Assembly (NCBI GenBank): GCA_964016885.1
Contig: OZ024744.1
Location: 39,680,001 to 39,744,000 of the forward strand
DNA from: Eledone cirrhosa
Lineage: Eukaryota
Reading direction: 5' to 3'
Length of the DNA stretch: 64,000 nucleotides
In this document: in pieces, positions 25,050 to 38,414 of the stretch
Position numbering within the stretch: position 1 is the first letter of the stretch
Layout: each line of letters opens with the position of its first letter
Notes under the pieces: generated by a model
What the model was told of the DNA's origin: nothing
Seen by the model: only the letters and a program-made list of their open reading frames with translations
The model's database searches: none
Made by a program: the position numbers and the translations under genes

Positions 25050-26895
25050 AATAGTTTAGTGTTCACTTGCAGTATGTATCCAATTTATAATGTGACTGTG
25101 TATCCTTGCATGCTGCAAGATGAAGAGAATTTAATCACATCTTCACAACTCATTGCGTACTCCATCGAGAAAATTTTATAGCAAAAAAATCGGAAGTTAA
25201 ACCTTTTCTGAAATCCTTAACACAATTGTTTCCGCAGTCAACAAGATCAAAAGATCTGGTCTTCGGGACAGGCTTTTCCAAGAAGCTTGTAAAGATGAAA
25301 CATTTAACCGTCTGTTGTATTCGACAGATATACGCTGGCTATCAATGGGAAGCTGCCTTGGACATTTTGTTGCACTCTTCGATAAAGTCATAGAATTTCT
25401 TCAACAGACCGATCCAATTATGACAGCATAACTTTCTGAGAAAAAACCCGCAATTTTGTACTTACATGAGATCTTTCAAAAACTAAATGATCTCAACCTT
25501 TCTTTGCAAAAGCAGAACATCAATGTTGTACGTGCCAAACTCTTGATAAGGGCTTTCATGAATAAGCTCGTTCTATGGAAAATTTCAAATTGAAGATCAT
25601 AACTTTTCGCAGTTCGAGAGCTTAAAAACTGTTGTGGTAGATAATGACTTGCACAGATCTATAATCGAGCATCTATCTTTCCTTCACAAAAACGTCAATA
25701 ATCGTTTTGAAGATCTTTTGGCTTTAAATATCCCAATTTTTGTGGATTCTCCTCACACAATGTCTATGAACGACATACTTGTTCAACCAGAATGTCTTCA
25801 GATGGAGCTCTGTGAGGTGACGGTAGATGATAATCTGCGTAAATTTTCTGAAACTAACTGGGTCGAGGCTTGGTTGACTCATTGTCAAGAATATCCAAAG
25901 CTGTTTGAACAAGTCGAGCCTTTCATAATAAATCTCCCTACATCTTACTTGGCTGAAAAGGGATTTTCCATTGTCCTCCACACATACACAAAACAGCGGA
26001 GGCGTTTGATCCTCAACAACAATGCCGATTTGAGACTTCGCTTGAGCCACATAGAGCCGAGGATTTCTAAACTGTGGATCAAAAACAAGCACAAGGATCT
26101 CATTGACAGTTTTTTGACGTGTTGTCTGATGACGTGACGTAATTGTGTTGTTGACATTTTTAATTCAATTCAATTTGTTGTATTCCCTCAAACGTTTACA
26201 CGACCTTTTGTACTGATCCCAACTTAAATCTTCGCATTTTTTGAATTTACTCTACACATTATCATATTTAAACTGTACAGCTTTCCATTTCATCTGAATG
26301 ATAGGGAGTGTTTTCCAGGACTCAGTAACCTTTTTCTACTCGATTCTATCAAATAAAGCTTTATTGAAAAAATAGACATTTTCAAATTGGTTTTCTTATT
26401 GGTGTTGTCATTTGTTTGTTCTCTGTCATCTTGGTGCTTAAAACATGTCCCTTAGGGGAACAAAAAAGCAACTTTCATTGCAAAGTGAAAATGATATTGA
26501 CCAATCAAATCGATCTTACCAATTAGAAGTGTAAACTTATTCTCAACATCAATGTTTCATATTTGTCGCTGAAATATGAAATCGAAAAAATTCAAATTAA
26601 TAACGAATAAGTTATGCGTTGCTTGCTGCAATAGCAAATTATTTTTTGATTCATGCATTTGACTTAAAGCTCTGTTCTTATTCTTCGCATAAGTACGACT
26701 TCAGCTGTTTATTTGCATAGATTTTTAGGCACTGCGACATGATAATAGCATTTTATAATTCATTGAAAAAAAAAAACATCTACTGATGCTTATAAGTAGC
26801 AGTTCTATTACAAAAGATTTAAAAGTTTAGGCGGTCCACAGGAAAATATTACTTATGTTGGTGGTCCACAACAAAAAAAAGGTTGAGAACCCCTG
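25050..26895 (+). mobile_element. 5'-truncated hAT (Buster/Charlie-type) transposon with pseudogenised transposase
   Basis: THCVLHREN (CxxH), RLLYSTDIRWLSMGSCL and PTSYLAEKGFS motifs; right TIR GGTTGAGAACCCCTG followed by CTGTAAGA. Confidence 0.85.
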
Positions 26896-28534
26896 CTGTA
26901 AGAGATGACTTAAAGGGTTAGTGCCAGAAAGGGCATCTGGCTGTAAAACACTGCCTAAAAAAAGGACTCAATGATGATTATGAAACTTTTCATGGGGTCT
27001 GCAAGGCTAACTCATGTTTTACCTAGGAAATTGGCCTTAGAATGCGTATAGTAGTAAATTTACTGTTCACATATCTTCACAATGAGAGGGACAATCAACT
27101 TCTGATCATTTTTAGGTACACTGTAAGTTATGGCTGGGTTCATGAAGGTTTTTCTTTAATAAAATGCATGGTTTAGCTTTTTATTTATTATTTTTTAAAT
27201 ATTTAAGATGACTTATATTCTACATTAGAACAGCAATTTCTAACATAGGGTCAACAGCCCACTAGGAATCTATGAGCTAAGTTAGAAATTTCAAATACTT
27301 TGTTAAAAATTTCAAGTACTTTCTTAAAAAAGTATTATACAGAGGTTACTGTAGTATCTATTTTTTTCTGAGTATAAATATTTCTCCCTTTTTGTTGTTA
27401 TTCTTATCATATAGTAATCTAGCAGGAGAGGAGTTGTCTGGACCTCACTTCCTGCCCTATATCTTTTCAAATGGAATAGACCTGTAACAGTTTAAGCAGG
27501 GTATTAATGACATCGATCCCTCAAGTCTTGAAGGATTTTTATAGGCTATTGGCAGTGTCATGGTTTAATTAATTAGGTCTGGGTATCCTGATCAGCTAAG
27601 GGTATCACAGTGACCATATAATCCCTATTCCTAGCTATGGTCAGGCTGTTGGCAACTAAATCGGCAACCCCACTCAGTTTGCTTAGATGAGGAGAGCTTA
27701 AGGGTTCCCTGCAGAACTAAAAACAAGAGCTGTCAAAGCATTGGCACAGATTGTTGTCGCACCTCACACAGGCCTCGAAGGTGGGTTTCGAGGCAATTTC
27801 CAACAGACTGGATATTCAGCAGCCCCTGCAGTCCCCATATGATCTGTTCTGGAATAATTCTTGCCACCAGAACAGTCCTATGGGGATCAAGTTTATGTGG
27901 CTGATGTTTGTATGTCTGCCGCCTAAATAGAATCTATTCATCTATTCAGGATTCATGTTTTCATTTTCCTGTCAAGCCCTGTGGTAATGGGGTGCTCCTC
28001 TTTCCCCTTCATTTTATGGAGTTGATAAAATAAAACACAAGTAAAGTACTGGGGTCGATTTAATTGACTTTTCCCTTCTCCAAAATTGTGTCTAAATCAG
28101 AAATCATTATTAGTTCGACTTTTTTGTCTCCACGAAGTGCAAAACCTCAGGTGGATGTTGCCGTATGGTCTCAATGAACAGTATTGTGAATGCATTACTC
28201 TGAAGGATAGCAAGGGAGATGTGCTGAAAGAACTGGTCCAACTTGTAGGGCTCATTTTTTTTGCAGATGACCCTCTCCCTTCTGATCACAGTAAGTAGGG
28301 AGGTGTTTCAAGGACTTAAGATGCTACATGTTTTCACTACCCTGTATTCTTTCTTATTGCTGTATATTTACATGGAATCGATAAAGTAAACAGTAATAAT
28401 GTACTAAATTGGATACATTCTATTATACGCCACTGCTGTTAAAGTTTATCTAGTGCTTTGTTAAGCATTCTGTTGGTCTTGGTTGCAGTGATGAAATAAC
28501 TCTAATTCCAGTTTGAAGTGGTTAGGTTACTCAC

Positions 28535-28595
28535 TTGGGACTCCACTTGCTTTGACACTTGCCAATCTTATCGTTTTGACCGTAAATCCAGACAT
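28535..28595 (-). CDS. Candidate first coding exon of an unidentified antisense gene (MSGFTVKTIRLASVKASGVP)
   Basis: AAAAAT-ATG context, 61-nt open frame ending at a GTGAGT donor, CpG-richer unique sequence upstream; no homology recognised. Confidence 0.25.
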
Positions 28596-30059
28596 ATTTT
28601 TTTGGCTATAAATCTATTTTGTGGTAGTTGCTGTTGAGACATCCAATGCCTTTGGTCTTCAAACTGCTGATTACCTCTACCAAAAATGTGATGAGGGCAT
28701 CGCGCTGGATAAAGGATATCCGTAAAGTTGAATAATTGATGGATGTAGCGGATATCTCTAGTTATTTGTAGCAACCGTTGTCTGTGGGGCGCAGCTGAAA
28801 TACGCAGTTCAAACAAACGAGTGTGGAGTTGACCCACCTTTTTTTATCTTTTATCTGCGATTTATGAATTTTAAATATTTTTATATCCCCATTGAGGAGT
28901 GTCATCGAACAAGGATATGCTATAAATAGGTTGAATTCCGCGTGGTTTCGATTTTAAGGCGAAATCATTTCACTTTTTTTTTTTGTGTGTAAAAGTGAGA
29001 ATAAGTTAATAGAGTTATATCCCCTGTCAATGAAGCTTCTACGCGGTTATTGCACGATAGAAATAGCAGAAAAACCTAACTAAATTTACACTCTACCATC
29101 TTTAAAGATGAATGAATATAGAAAAACCTTTGTTATAAGGTGGTTACCCCCCCCCCCCCCCCCCAAAAAAAAAAACACACACACAAACAAAGAAATATAA
29201 GATGCTCAGTAGTTAAATTTTAAGGCTCCTAGTTTTTGATCTGTAACGCATGGTGGGGTGGGGGTGCGTAGCATTCATTCAATGTTTGGGAGTATAAAAA
29301 ATAGGTTAGATCAATGGTAAAGAGCACATCAACTCCTCTTCCTTCCGCAAACACATAATCAAATGCAGAAACAGAAACTGTAAAATAACCACCACCATCT
29401 TGACTACCGAGTGCAGTATAGGCACGCTGAGAATCGAGGAAATTCTCTTGATTAAGCAACTAAAGCACCCCCCTCCCACTGTTAATAATAGAATGGAAAG
29501 GAACAATGGCTATTCTAACTTGTCCAACGTAAATAGTCCATGCCAAGAACGTCTAAATTCAGCGAAAGGATGCAGATATATTTACTTCCAGTACTTGGCA
29601 TAGTCTGATTTTATCGGCCGTCGAAGGATCTAAAGTAAAAACTGATCCTAATAGGACAAAAATTCTGAACATAATCAAATGCTGGAAGGCAGTCTACCGA
29701 TTTTCTTTCCAAAAATATTCTTCAATCTATGACAAGAAAAGAAAATCCAAGTAAAATGCCAGCATGAATAGATAACTCTTGAATGAATTTATTGTAAAGG
29801 GGGTATAACTCTTTACCATAACAATATAAGGGGGAATAATCTACTTGTTTTCTTTTACTTTTTTTTATGTCTCATTGGCGTTCATTAGGCAGGCTAGAAT
29901 GAGCAGTTAGGTACCATATTTTTCGGCGTTTAAGACACATCTTTAGGGGAAAATTTGATGTCAAAATCTGCCTTCGTCTTATACATTAACATGTTTATTA
30001 TAAACATATTGTATATGAATCCATATATATTTTTTATTCTGAATCACACTATTGCCAAT

Positions 30060-30225
30060 TAATTGTTTCTACTTTAGGCACAAGGCCAGCAATTACCCAG
30101 TGCATTACTGGTACTTTATTTTATCGACCCCGTAAGGATGAAAGGCAAAGTCATCCTCGGCGGGATTTGAACTCAGATCGTAAAGGGACGTAACTATGCT
30201 GGAAGGCATGGCGTCCGACCCTATT
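30060..30225 (-). mobile_element. Type-2 SINE, 5'-truncated
   Basis: Reverse complement of the 24138-24322 family. Confidence 0.85.
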
Positions 30226-31364
30226 AATACTAGTCAGCCAAACTTGCAGTGTATGCAAATAAACTTTCAACAAGAATAGTTCGTTTACAAAATCTATCAG
30301 ACTTTACTGAATTTCTACCTTGGTATCAAGGTAAAAGTAAGTGAGTGGTGGCTAAGATTTTCGAATCCGAATTAACTACCTCATTCCTATACTAGAAATT
30401 GCTATATTTTGGTAAGAGTTTTTTTTTGACAAACACAATTTATATATTAGTATAAAAACCCAATTTATATATAAAACTTATATGAAAAAAGAGGAAAAGT
30501 GTGAAAAGACTCATGCATTCAATCACATGCTACAGCATGGGATAATGGAGTTTCTCTAATAATTTTTGAGGCCAGCCAACACAGTTGCAGCATTGCCATG
30601 GGTGACAGTAAAGCTAAGCCATTGGAATAACCTCACATCGATGAGGCATCACCTGATACTTTGGTAAAGTCAGATGCTAATAATGACAAGAACTCCATTA
30701 CAGTGACTGAGCTCCTCTAAATATCTTATTTCACAGACTGAGCTGGTAAAGTATAATAGCTATACATTCCTTAAAGAATTTAGTTTTCCTCTTGTAAGTT
30801 CTAAATGTTGGAAAAGTATTTGTCACTTTTTTTCCTGGGTAATGACCGAAAGAATACGATTGCAAATACAAGTAGCTGAAATTGGAATAACGTTACTTGA
30901 TAGAGTGTGTAGCTTGGAGATCAGAGAGTAACTCCAGGTAGAGCCACTACTTCTCTGAATTGAAAGATCACAGCTCTGATACTATGGGCATGTGCTTAGA
31001 ATGTCTCGGAAAGAATTGCTGGACAGATTTTATGGGCAAAACCAATCGGCAGGAGACCCAAGTGTAGACCACGAACAAGATGGTTGGATAATATCAATAA
31101 GCTTGGCTGGTCTCGTCTGGGAATCCAGCCAGATCAGTTGGAGAAGTTGCTTCTGACAGGACCCACTGGAAGGAGTTTTTGAGGAATTTGCTCCCACAAA
31201 TCTCTCAGGAATAAGAAGATAATCATGGACATTCAACATCATATAGATGGGCATTGTAGCAGTGCAATCGCCAATGGTTCCTGACCTTCAGCAATGCGGA
31301 TAGGAAGAGGAAAAAAGGTTCAAAATCTTATTGTTGTCTATTTTCCATTCATTATATGGAATCA

Positions 31365-31549
31365 GGGCGGTGGATTGGCAGTATCGGTAGAGGGTCGGAC
31401 GCCATGCTTTCCAGCATAGTTACGTCCCTTTATGATCTGAGTTCAAATCCCGCCGAGGTTGACTTTGCCTTTCATCCTTACGGGGTCGATAAAATAAAGT
31501 ACCAGTAATGCACTGGGTAATTGCTGGCCTTGTGCCTAACGTAGAAACA
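31365..31549 (+). mobile_element. Type-2 SINE, full length
   Basis: 14-bp TSD ATTATATGGAATCA at 31351-31364 and 31550-31563. Confidence 0.92.
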
Positions 31550-31782
31550 ATTATATGGAATCAATGAAGTAAGCACCAATAATGTACTGAGTCTGATTAA
31601 TTCAATTATATGCAACTGCTGTTAAAGTTTATCTCTTGCTTTATCAAGGACCCTGCCGGCCTCAACCACAGCAATGTTATGCACCTGGCTGTTGGCTGAG
31701 ATAGCTATGATATAATCACAGCTTAAAATAATCACAGTAAGACTAGACGTATTACTCTATTACATGTTCAAGTTGACAGGTA

Positions 31783-32637
31783 CGTGGTATGTCAGAAAAG
31801 TAACAGAACTTAGTGTTGTTGTGTGAGCTATGAGTGGGGTAGGGATTATCGGGTTGCGTCACTGTGTGACATAATATCTGGGGAGTATATAACTACGATC
31901 TCAGCTCTCTACAGCCATTGTATTGTTTTTCACTTGCATTTATTAACATCTCTTCAATTTTAGGCCATCGAGCAATGGGCACAGAGCAATGAACTAACCC
32001 GAAGTTTCTGCTCTGGCTGGGGAAAACTCCATTAGAAGCACTCGGAATACTGCAGCAAGTGTCAGGAGATGAGACCATGTTGTGCTCACAGGTTTTGAGT
32101 GTCATAAAAGGTTGAAAGAGGGATGTGAGGATGTGGAAGACAACCCCAGGAGTGGAATGCCTTCAATGAGCCAGACTGAGGCAAATGTTGATTGCATGAG
32201 GCAGGTGGTGCTTGCTAATCGTCAGCTGATTGTTCAATTGATCACAAGTGAGCTGGACATAAACCATAACAGATTTGACCATGCAAAAGATCTGCATGAG
32301 ATGGTGCCAAAGCTGCTGAATGATGACCAGAAGGAGCGGCACATGCAGGTGTGTCAGGACATCATTGAGCCTCTTGAAACCGAACCAGATCTTTTCCTTT
32401 TTCCCAAGCTCTAGAAGGTCATCAAGGGGTCCTGTTTTCTGGAGTGGAAGCCATCAAGAGGGCTGTGATGACAGAGCTGCAGAGAATCCTGGGAGAATCC
32501 TTCCAGGAGTGCATGAAGGTATGATGGAGAAGGATGGGAAAGTGCGTTAGACTCGAAAGGGAAAACTTGTACTTTGTACTTTGGATTTAAAATATTATTT
32601 TACGACTCCAGTCTTGTTTCTTTTCTGACACACCTCA
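31783..32637 (+). mobile_element. Internally deleted mariner transposon
   Basis: TA-flanked TIRs CGTGGTATGTCAGAAAAGTAACAGAACT and AGTCTTGTTTCTTTTCTGACACACCTCA; HTH remnant FECHKRLKEGCEDVEDNPRSGMP; VPKLLNDDQK; LFPKL. Confidence 0.88.
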
Positions 32638-33131
32638 TATATGGCTCCATTCTGAACCACATTGTTTTAGTACTGTAGCTAAGTAGTATCAATATATATG
32701 TGTATAATACACAAACCATGTGTAAGTATAGCTGTACATTAACCTTTTTATTGTACCCCCCAAAATAAGGCAAATTTGTTTAACTGCTGGCCTTAATTCT
32801 AATTTTGTCTATCAATAACAAAATTGAGTTAAATTAAACAAAAAAAAAAAAACAGCAAAACAAAACATTATGGGTTTTATTCTTAATCATGCATAAAATA
32901 ATGTTGTAGAATAATTAATCCTCACCTTTTTCAACAAATCAAAATTTTATTTCTAAATATGTTAATTATTAAAACTTGATACCTACTGGCAATGTGGAAT
33001 CTAAACAAAGTAACTTTCTATGATAATGATACATTTTATTCTATATTGCTTCCCTAAACCGTTTGGCATTTACGTTATGCCAAATAAATTATAAAAAAGA
33101 ATCAATATTTTCACTTAAAATATCTATGTAT

Positions 33132-36100
33132 ATCATGTTAGCAGAAAAATGGGTGGATAAGATAATAGACGTAAATAGAGTAAACGACAGAATAATTAAA
33201 ATAAGACTTGTTCTAAATAGAACTACTGTGACGATAATATCTGCGTACGCGCCCCAATCCAGACCGCTATAAAAGACAGTTTCTATGAGACACTGATGCT
33301 CACTACCTCCCAAATAACCAACAGTAACTATATAATTATTGCTGGTGACCTAAATGGCCACGTTGGACAACATTGTGACGGCTATGATGGAATCCACGGA
33401 GGCTATGGGTTTGGTACTAGAAATGAGGAAGGCTCCAGAATCCTGGAATTCTGTGACGCAAATAACCTAACAATCTGTAACATTAACTTCAAAAAACGAG
33501 ACAATCACTTGATCACCTACAGATCAGGGGAACATACCAGCCAGGTAGATTATATCCTTACCAGAAGACGTGACAGAGTGTCTGTTGTAAACACTAAATC
33601 CCTCCCCCATGAAGAATGCACCTCCCAACATAGACTCATAATTAGCGACCTCATAGTCAGGACCAGACGTACTCGACAGCAGAAGAGGACTATCCTCAGG
33701 AGAAAAATATGGAAGCTAAAGGACCCCACAGCCAGAAATAAATTTCAAAGCATATTACTTGATGCTTTCGACAGTAAGGAAGAGCATTTAGAGTCGTACA
33801 ATATAGAGGAATAGTGGGAATTCCTGAAAGCAAACCTGCTGATGGCGGCAGACGAAGTCTGTGGCCGGAGCAGGCCTATAGGCAGGAGGAGAGTAACATG
33901 GTGGTGGAACAGTAAGGTGGAGGAGTCAATTAAGGCCAAAAAGCAGGCTTGGAAAGTATGGCAGGATGGTGGAAGTAGAGAAGACTATCAAGTGGCCAGG
34001 AGGGAAGCTAGGAGACAAGTGTACTTCGCAAGAAGGGAAGCAGAGCAGAGAAAGTTCAAGCATGTTCTACAATGCGAGGACCAAAAACGTGAGGTGTTCA
34101 GGATTACTAGGCAATGTGTCAAGGAAAACCGTGATATTGTCGGGGAGAAGTGTGTACTAAATGATGATGGCGTACTTGCCATCACTGACTCTGATAAGAA
34201 GGTAGCTTGGAAGTGTCACTACGAAAGACTACTAAATGAGGAGAATAAATGGGAGAAAGACAGTCTCCCCCACATCGACCCAGTAGAGGGACCAGCAGTG
34301 TTAGTTGAAGGTAGTATAATAAGTAAGGCAATCAAAGATATGAAGACGGGTAAGGCAGCTGGGCCTTCAGAAATAGTTGCTGAGATGCTGAAAGCCTCTG
34401 GAACGGTGGGACACACCATGGTCACCCGGATAGTAAACAAAGTCATACAGAATGGGGTTGTTCCGAAGGACTGGCGTAGCAGCATCATCATTAACTGTTA
34501 CAAGGGTAAAGGAGATGCACTAGATAGGAGTAACTATAGAGGCATTAAATTAATCGACCAGGTCATGAAGGTCACGGAAAAAGTAATAGCGCAACTAATC
34601 AGAGAGAGAATTGATCTAGATGAAATGCAGTTCGGGTTTGTGTCAGGCAAAAGTACCACAGACGCTCTTTTCATTGTACGACAACTACAGGAGAAGTACC
34701 TAGCTAAAAGTAAACCCCTATACTTAACTTTTGTTGACTTGGAGAAAGCCTTCGACAGAGTCCCCCGTTCCATTATCTGGTGGGCTCTTAGAAAACTAGG
34801 TGTTGATGAATGGCTTGTGAGAGCTATACAAGCCATGTATAAAGAAACAGTGAGCAAGGTTAGAATTAACAACGAATATAGTGAAGAGTTTAGCGTAAAA
34901 GTTGGTGTTCATCAGGGCTCTGTTCTTAGCCCCCTACTATTTATTATTACCCTTCAGGCTATAACAGTGGAGTTCAAGAGCGGCTGCCCATGGGAACTCC
35001 TATACGCAGATGATCTAACGCTCATAGCTGAATCAATGGCCGAGCTAGAGAAGAAATTCCAAACATGGAAGCACGGCCTAGAATCAAAAGGCCTTAAAAT
35101 TAACCTGGCTAAGACTAAAGTTCTAGTTTGTAAGGAAAGAAAATAAGGTGCCGGTCCCTTCCGGGAAATGGCCATGCTCAGTGTGTAGGAAAGGCGTAGG
35201 TAGAAACTCCATTTTATGTCCCAAATGCAAAGTATGGGTGCATAAAAGATGTAGTGGGATCACAGGTAAGCTAACTAAGAACATAGATTTTACATGTGGC
35301 CGGTGCTCTGGTGCAATAAGTAGCAGCAAGTGCCCACAAAATACTAGCTCTTTCAATTGCGCAGAGGGTTCTATAGAAATAGTGGACAGCTTCCGTTACC
35401 TGGGTGACAAAATCAGCAGTTGGGGAGGGTGCTCTGAAAGTACAGTAGCTAGAGTCAGAACTGGATGGAAAAAGTTCAGAGAGCTTATACCACTATTAGC
35501 CGCTAAAGGGTTCTCCCTAAAAATGAAAGGCAGGTTGTATGATGCCTGCATACGAACAGCAATGTTGCATGGCAGTGAGACCTGGGCATTGTGTGCAGAG
35601 GATATACGCAGACTAGAGAGGAACGAAGCTTGCATGCTCCACTGGATGTGTAATAGTAATATACGTGAACGGCAAAGCATAAACGAACTAAGGAAAAAAT
35701 TAGAAATAAGAGGGATCAGATGCTGTTTACTTGAGAGAAGACTACATTGGTATGGTCACGTGATGCGCATGAAAGATGATAGCTGTATAAAAAAGTGCAG
35801 GGCAATAAAGATAGACGGTAGCCACGGAGTAGGCAGACCCAGAAAAACCTGGGACAACCTGATAAATTCCGACCTCACACACTTACACCTCTCCAAGACA
35901 ATGTCACTGGACCGAGACCTTTGGCGGTACTCAGTAACAGAGAAGACCCGCCTTACCTAAATACAAAGTGAAACCTACTACAGTCAGTAGGCATCTCTAA
36001 CAAAATACGCCCCCGTCACACCACCCCCACCACATCCACACCGTCCCTTTCAATGTAAAGTTATGTTGGTGCCACAACATCCAGGCCGAAACAAATGAGA

Positions 36101-36454
36101 TCGTGTAGATGTCACGACAAAAAAACACACAGTCCACGCTGTAATGTGGCTGTGTAGGTAACACGGTAAAAACCTCCCAGTCCCACACTGTAAATGTGGT
36201 TGGTGTTAGGAAGGGCATCCAGCTGTAGAAAACCCGCCAGACAGTCCACGCTGTAATGTGGCCATGTAGGCAACACGGTAAAAACCTCCCAGCCCCACAC
36301 TGTCAATGTAGTTGGTGTTAGGAAGGGCATCCAGCTGTAGAAAACCCGCCAGACAGTCCTATGTGAACAAGACAACCACTCTTGCCTCAAGTGGGAAAAC
36401 TCCTGTCCAAACCCATGCAAGCGTGGAACACGGACGTTAAACGATGATGATGAT
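33132..36454 (+). mobile_element. RTE-A copy 3, 5'-truncated within APE
   Basis: ORFs 33296-33814, 33842-35146 and 35148-35960; (GAT)n tail; nearly identical to copy 1 from the mid-APE region onward. Confidence 0.97.
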
Positions 36455-36599
36455 ATACATTGTATAGCTTTAGGCAGTGTGGTTAAGGATTTTGTTTCAC
36501 AACCTCATGGTTTCAGGTTTTTACTCATGCCATGTGAGTAAAATCTAGTTAACAGAAGCATTACAACTTTACAGATATTTTGCCTTGCTGCTTCACTGA

Positions 36600-37230
36600 T
36601 GAAAATGTAGAAATGTCTTCAACTGTCAGCTCTGTGACCATCTATTCAAGGCTTGCGTCAGCTGTGTCTCATTCACATACCCATTGGCCTCCCCACTCTG
36701 TGGGTCTCTGAGAATTCTCCTCACTGAAGATAAAGTCATATAATCTTCAACCGGCATTCAACAGTGATCCAGTGGGCTCCTCTCCTCTTCACTCTCAGGA
36801 TAGGCAATGTTGTTTGGAGCATCGTAGCTTCTTTCAACATCAGGTACCTGGATGATGCAATAATAGGTGGGCCCATAGAGTGTTGTCCTCAATCTCCAAT
36901 TGGTGATTTCCACTTTAGCGAGGATCGGTTCCAAGATCATCACAAATAATTCAGAGGTTGAGAATGTCAATTATGATGAGTGGAGTTTCCAACCTTGTCT
37001 TGGATGTGTAATCAATACTCCACTAGGTGCAGGTGACCCCCTAAAGAAGATGTCCTCACCCTCGGTTTAGCAATCCACCTGCTTGCCATTATGTACATGC
37101 TTTGCCAGATCAAAACCTTGATGAGCAGACTGAACCATCACTTTGGCACTCTTCCTACTAAGGAACTGCTTCACGATACCAAAGCTTCTATACACCTTCC
37201 TTAGTACCCCACTGCTGACTTATCAACTCT
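36600..37230 (+). mobile_element. Degenerate RT fragment of a CRE-like early-branching non-LTR element
   Basis: GIQQ / PLLFTL / FNIRYLDDAIIGGP and LFLLRNCFTIPKLLYT remnants. Confidence 0.55.
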
Positions 37231-38019
37231 AAAACAAGAAATGTCTGTATATATAAAATGTCCACTTGCTCCATAGTTTTACAGAACCTCTATTTATGAA
37301 ATACAAGTCTACATATCAGAGCACACAATGAGTTAGTAGAAAAAGCGATCTTGTGTGGGAACGCAATAAATCTCACTCTTGACCACGGCCATGGTTTCAT
37401 TATAATATGCTTGGAGTGTGCATATGCTGCACTCTGTGTACGGAGGCTACATATAATATATGTATGTGTGTATTTCTAAATATCTTTTGTCTCCACAGTC
37501 TAAGTTTACATTGTTGACATTATAAATGATGTTATATTTTCTATTAAATAAATATGTTTGTTAATTTAATTTTGAAATCACTATTCTCATTTTCAAGTTG
37601 TCTTATTTTGAAATCATTAATCTCACTTAGAAATGACATAGGCTCACTTAGCAGTACAAATACTGTTGTAGTAGTTGAGTTGTAGCCTCACTTAGCAATT
37701 CTGGAGTAGACCTATAGTGCAGTGATAGATAATAGAATTATTTAGGAGATATTTGTAAGTTGAGCACCTAGGGTATTGAGAAAGACACTGCACCCCCTGT
37801 CACACAACATGGTTTGATTGTATAGATCTATGCAGGTACCTTTGGTTATATTGTGTAGAATACACTGAGACATATCTGCACTACCAGTGCAGATATATCC
37901 AAGTGAAGTGGTTACTTTATAGCATTTATTTTGGGCCTTTGTATTCCAAGTTGAAATCTCACCATTAAAGGCTTAATCTGTTGCCCTGTTTAACACAAGC
38001 ACATGGTCCTTGCATGCCT

Positions 38020-38414
38020 TTAACCCTTTCATTACAATATTTTTTGTGAAAGATACTATGTTTTTCAAATCATCAAAAGTTTGGAGGCATTTTATAATAT
38101 AACTTTCATATTATTGAATTGTTGCTTGGAAAATAACTTAACAAAGGTCCTTACATAAAACTATAATGAAAGGGTTTTAGATAAATATAAACACTTTAAC
38201 ACTTAAACCGACCATATCCGTCCAGAATTCTCTCACCTCTTTTTGTTCAAACCAGCTGTAACTGGCTGCTCATACTTATGTTGAGGTATTGGTTCCAAAA
38301 TAAATAATATCAAAATCTCGTAGATTTGATATTATGCAAGATAATTATGTGAGATAAATGTTTACTGTGAAAGTACAATAGTAAATATAGAGTAATGTAA
38401 ATGATAAAGGGTTA
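38020..38414. mobile_element. Two adjacent TTAA-type MITEs
   Basis: TTAACCCTTTCATTA...TAATGAAAGGGTT, then a copy related to the 7816-13106 MITE ending ATAAAGGGTTAA. Confidence 0.6.

Noticed and set aside
24850-25050. Possible next AMDHD2 exon
   Set aside because: No frame resembles the expected GFGVDFS/GVTSFCPT sequence.
25634-26137. Domesticated ZBED/SCAND3-like gene
   Set aside because: Frameshifted, 5'-truncated and still attached to a TIR: a decayed transposon.
33132-36454. Segmental duplication of 1135-4464
   Set aside because: The flanks differ, copy 1 has its own TSD, and the 5' parts belong to different subfamilies, so these are independent insertions.
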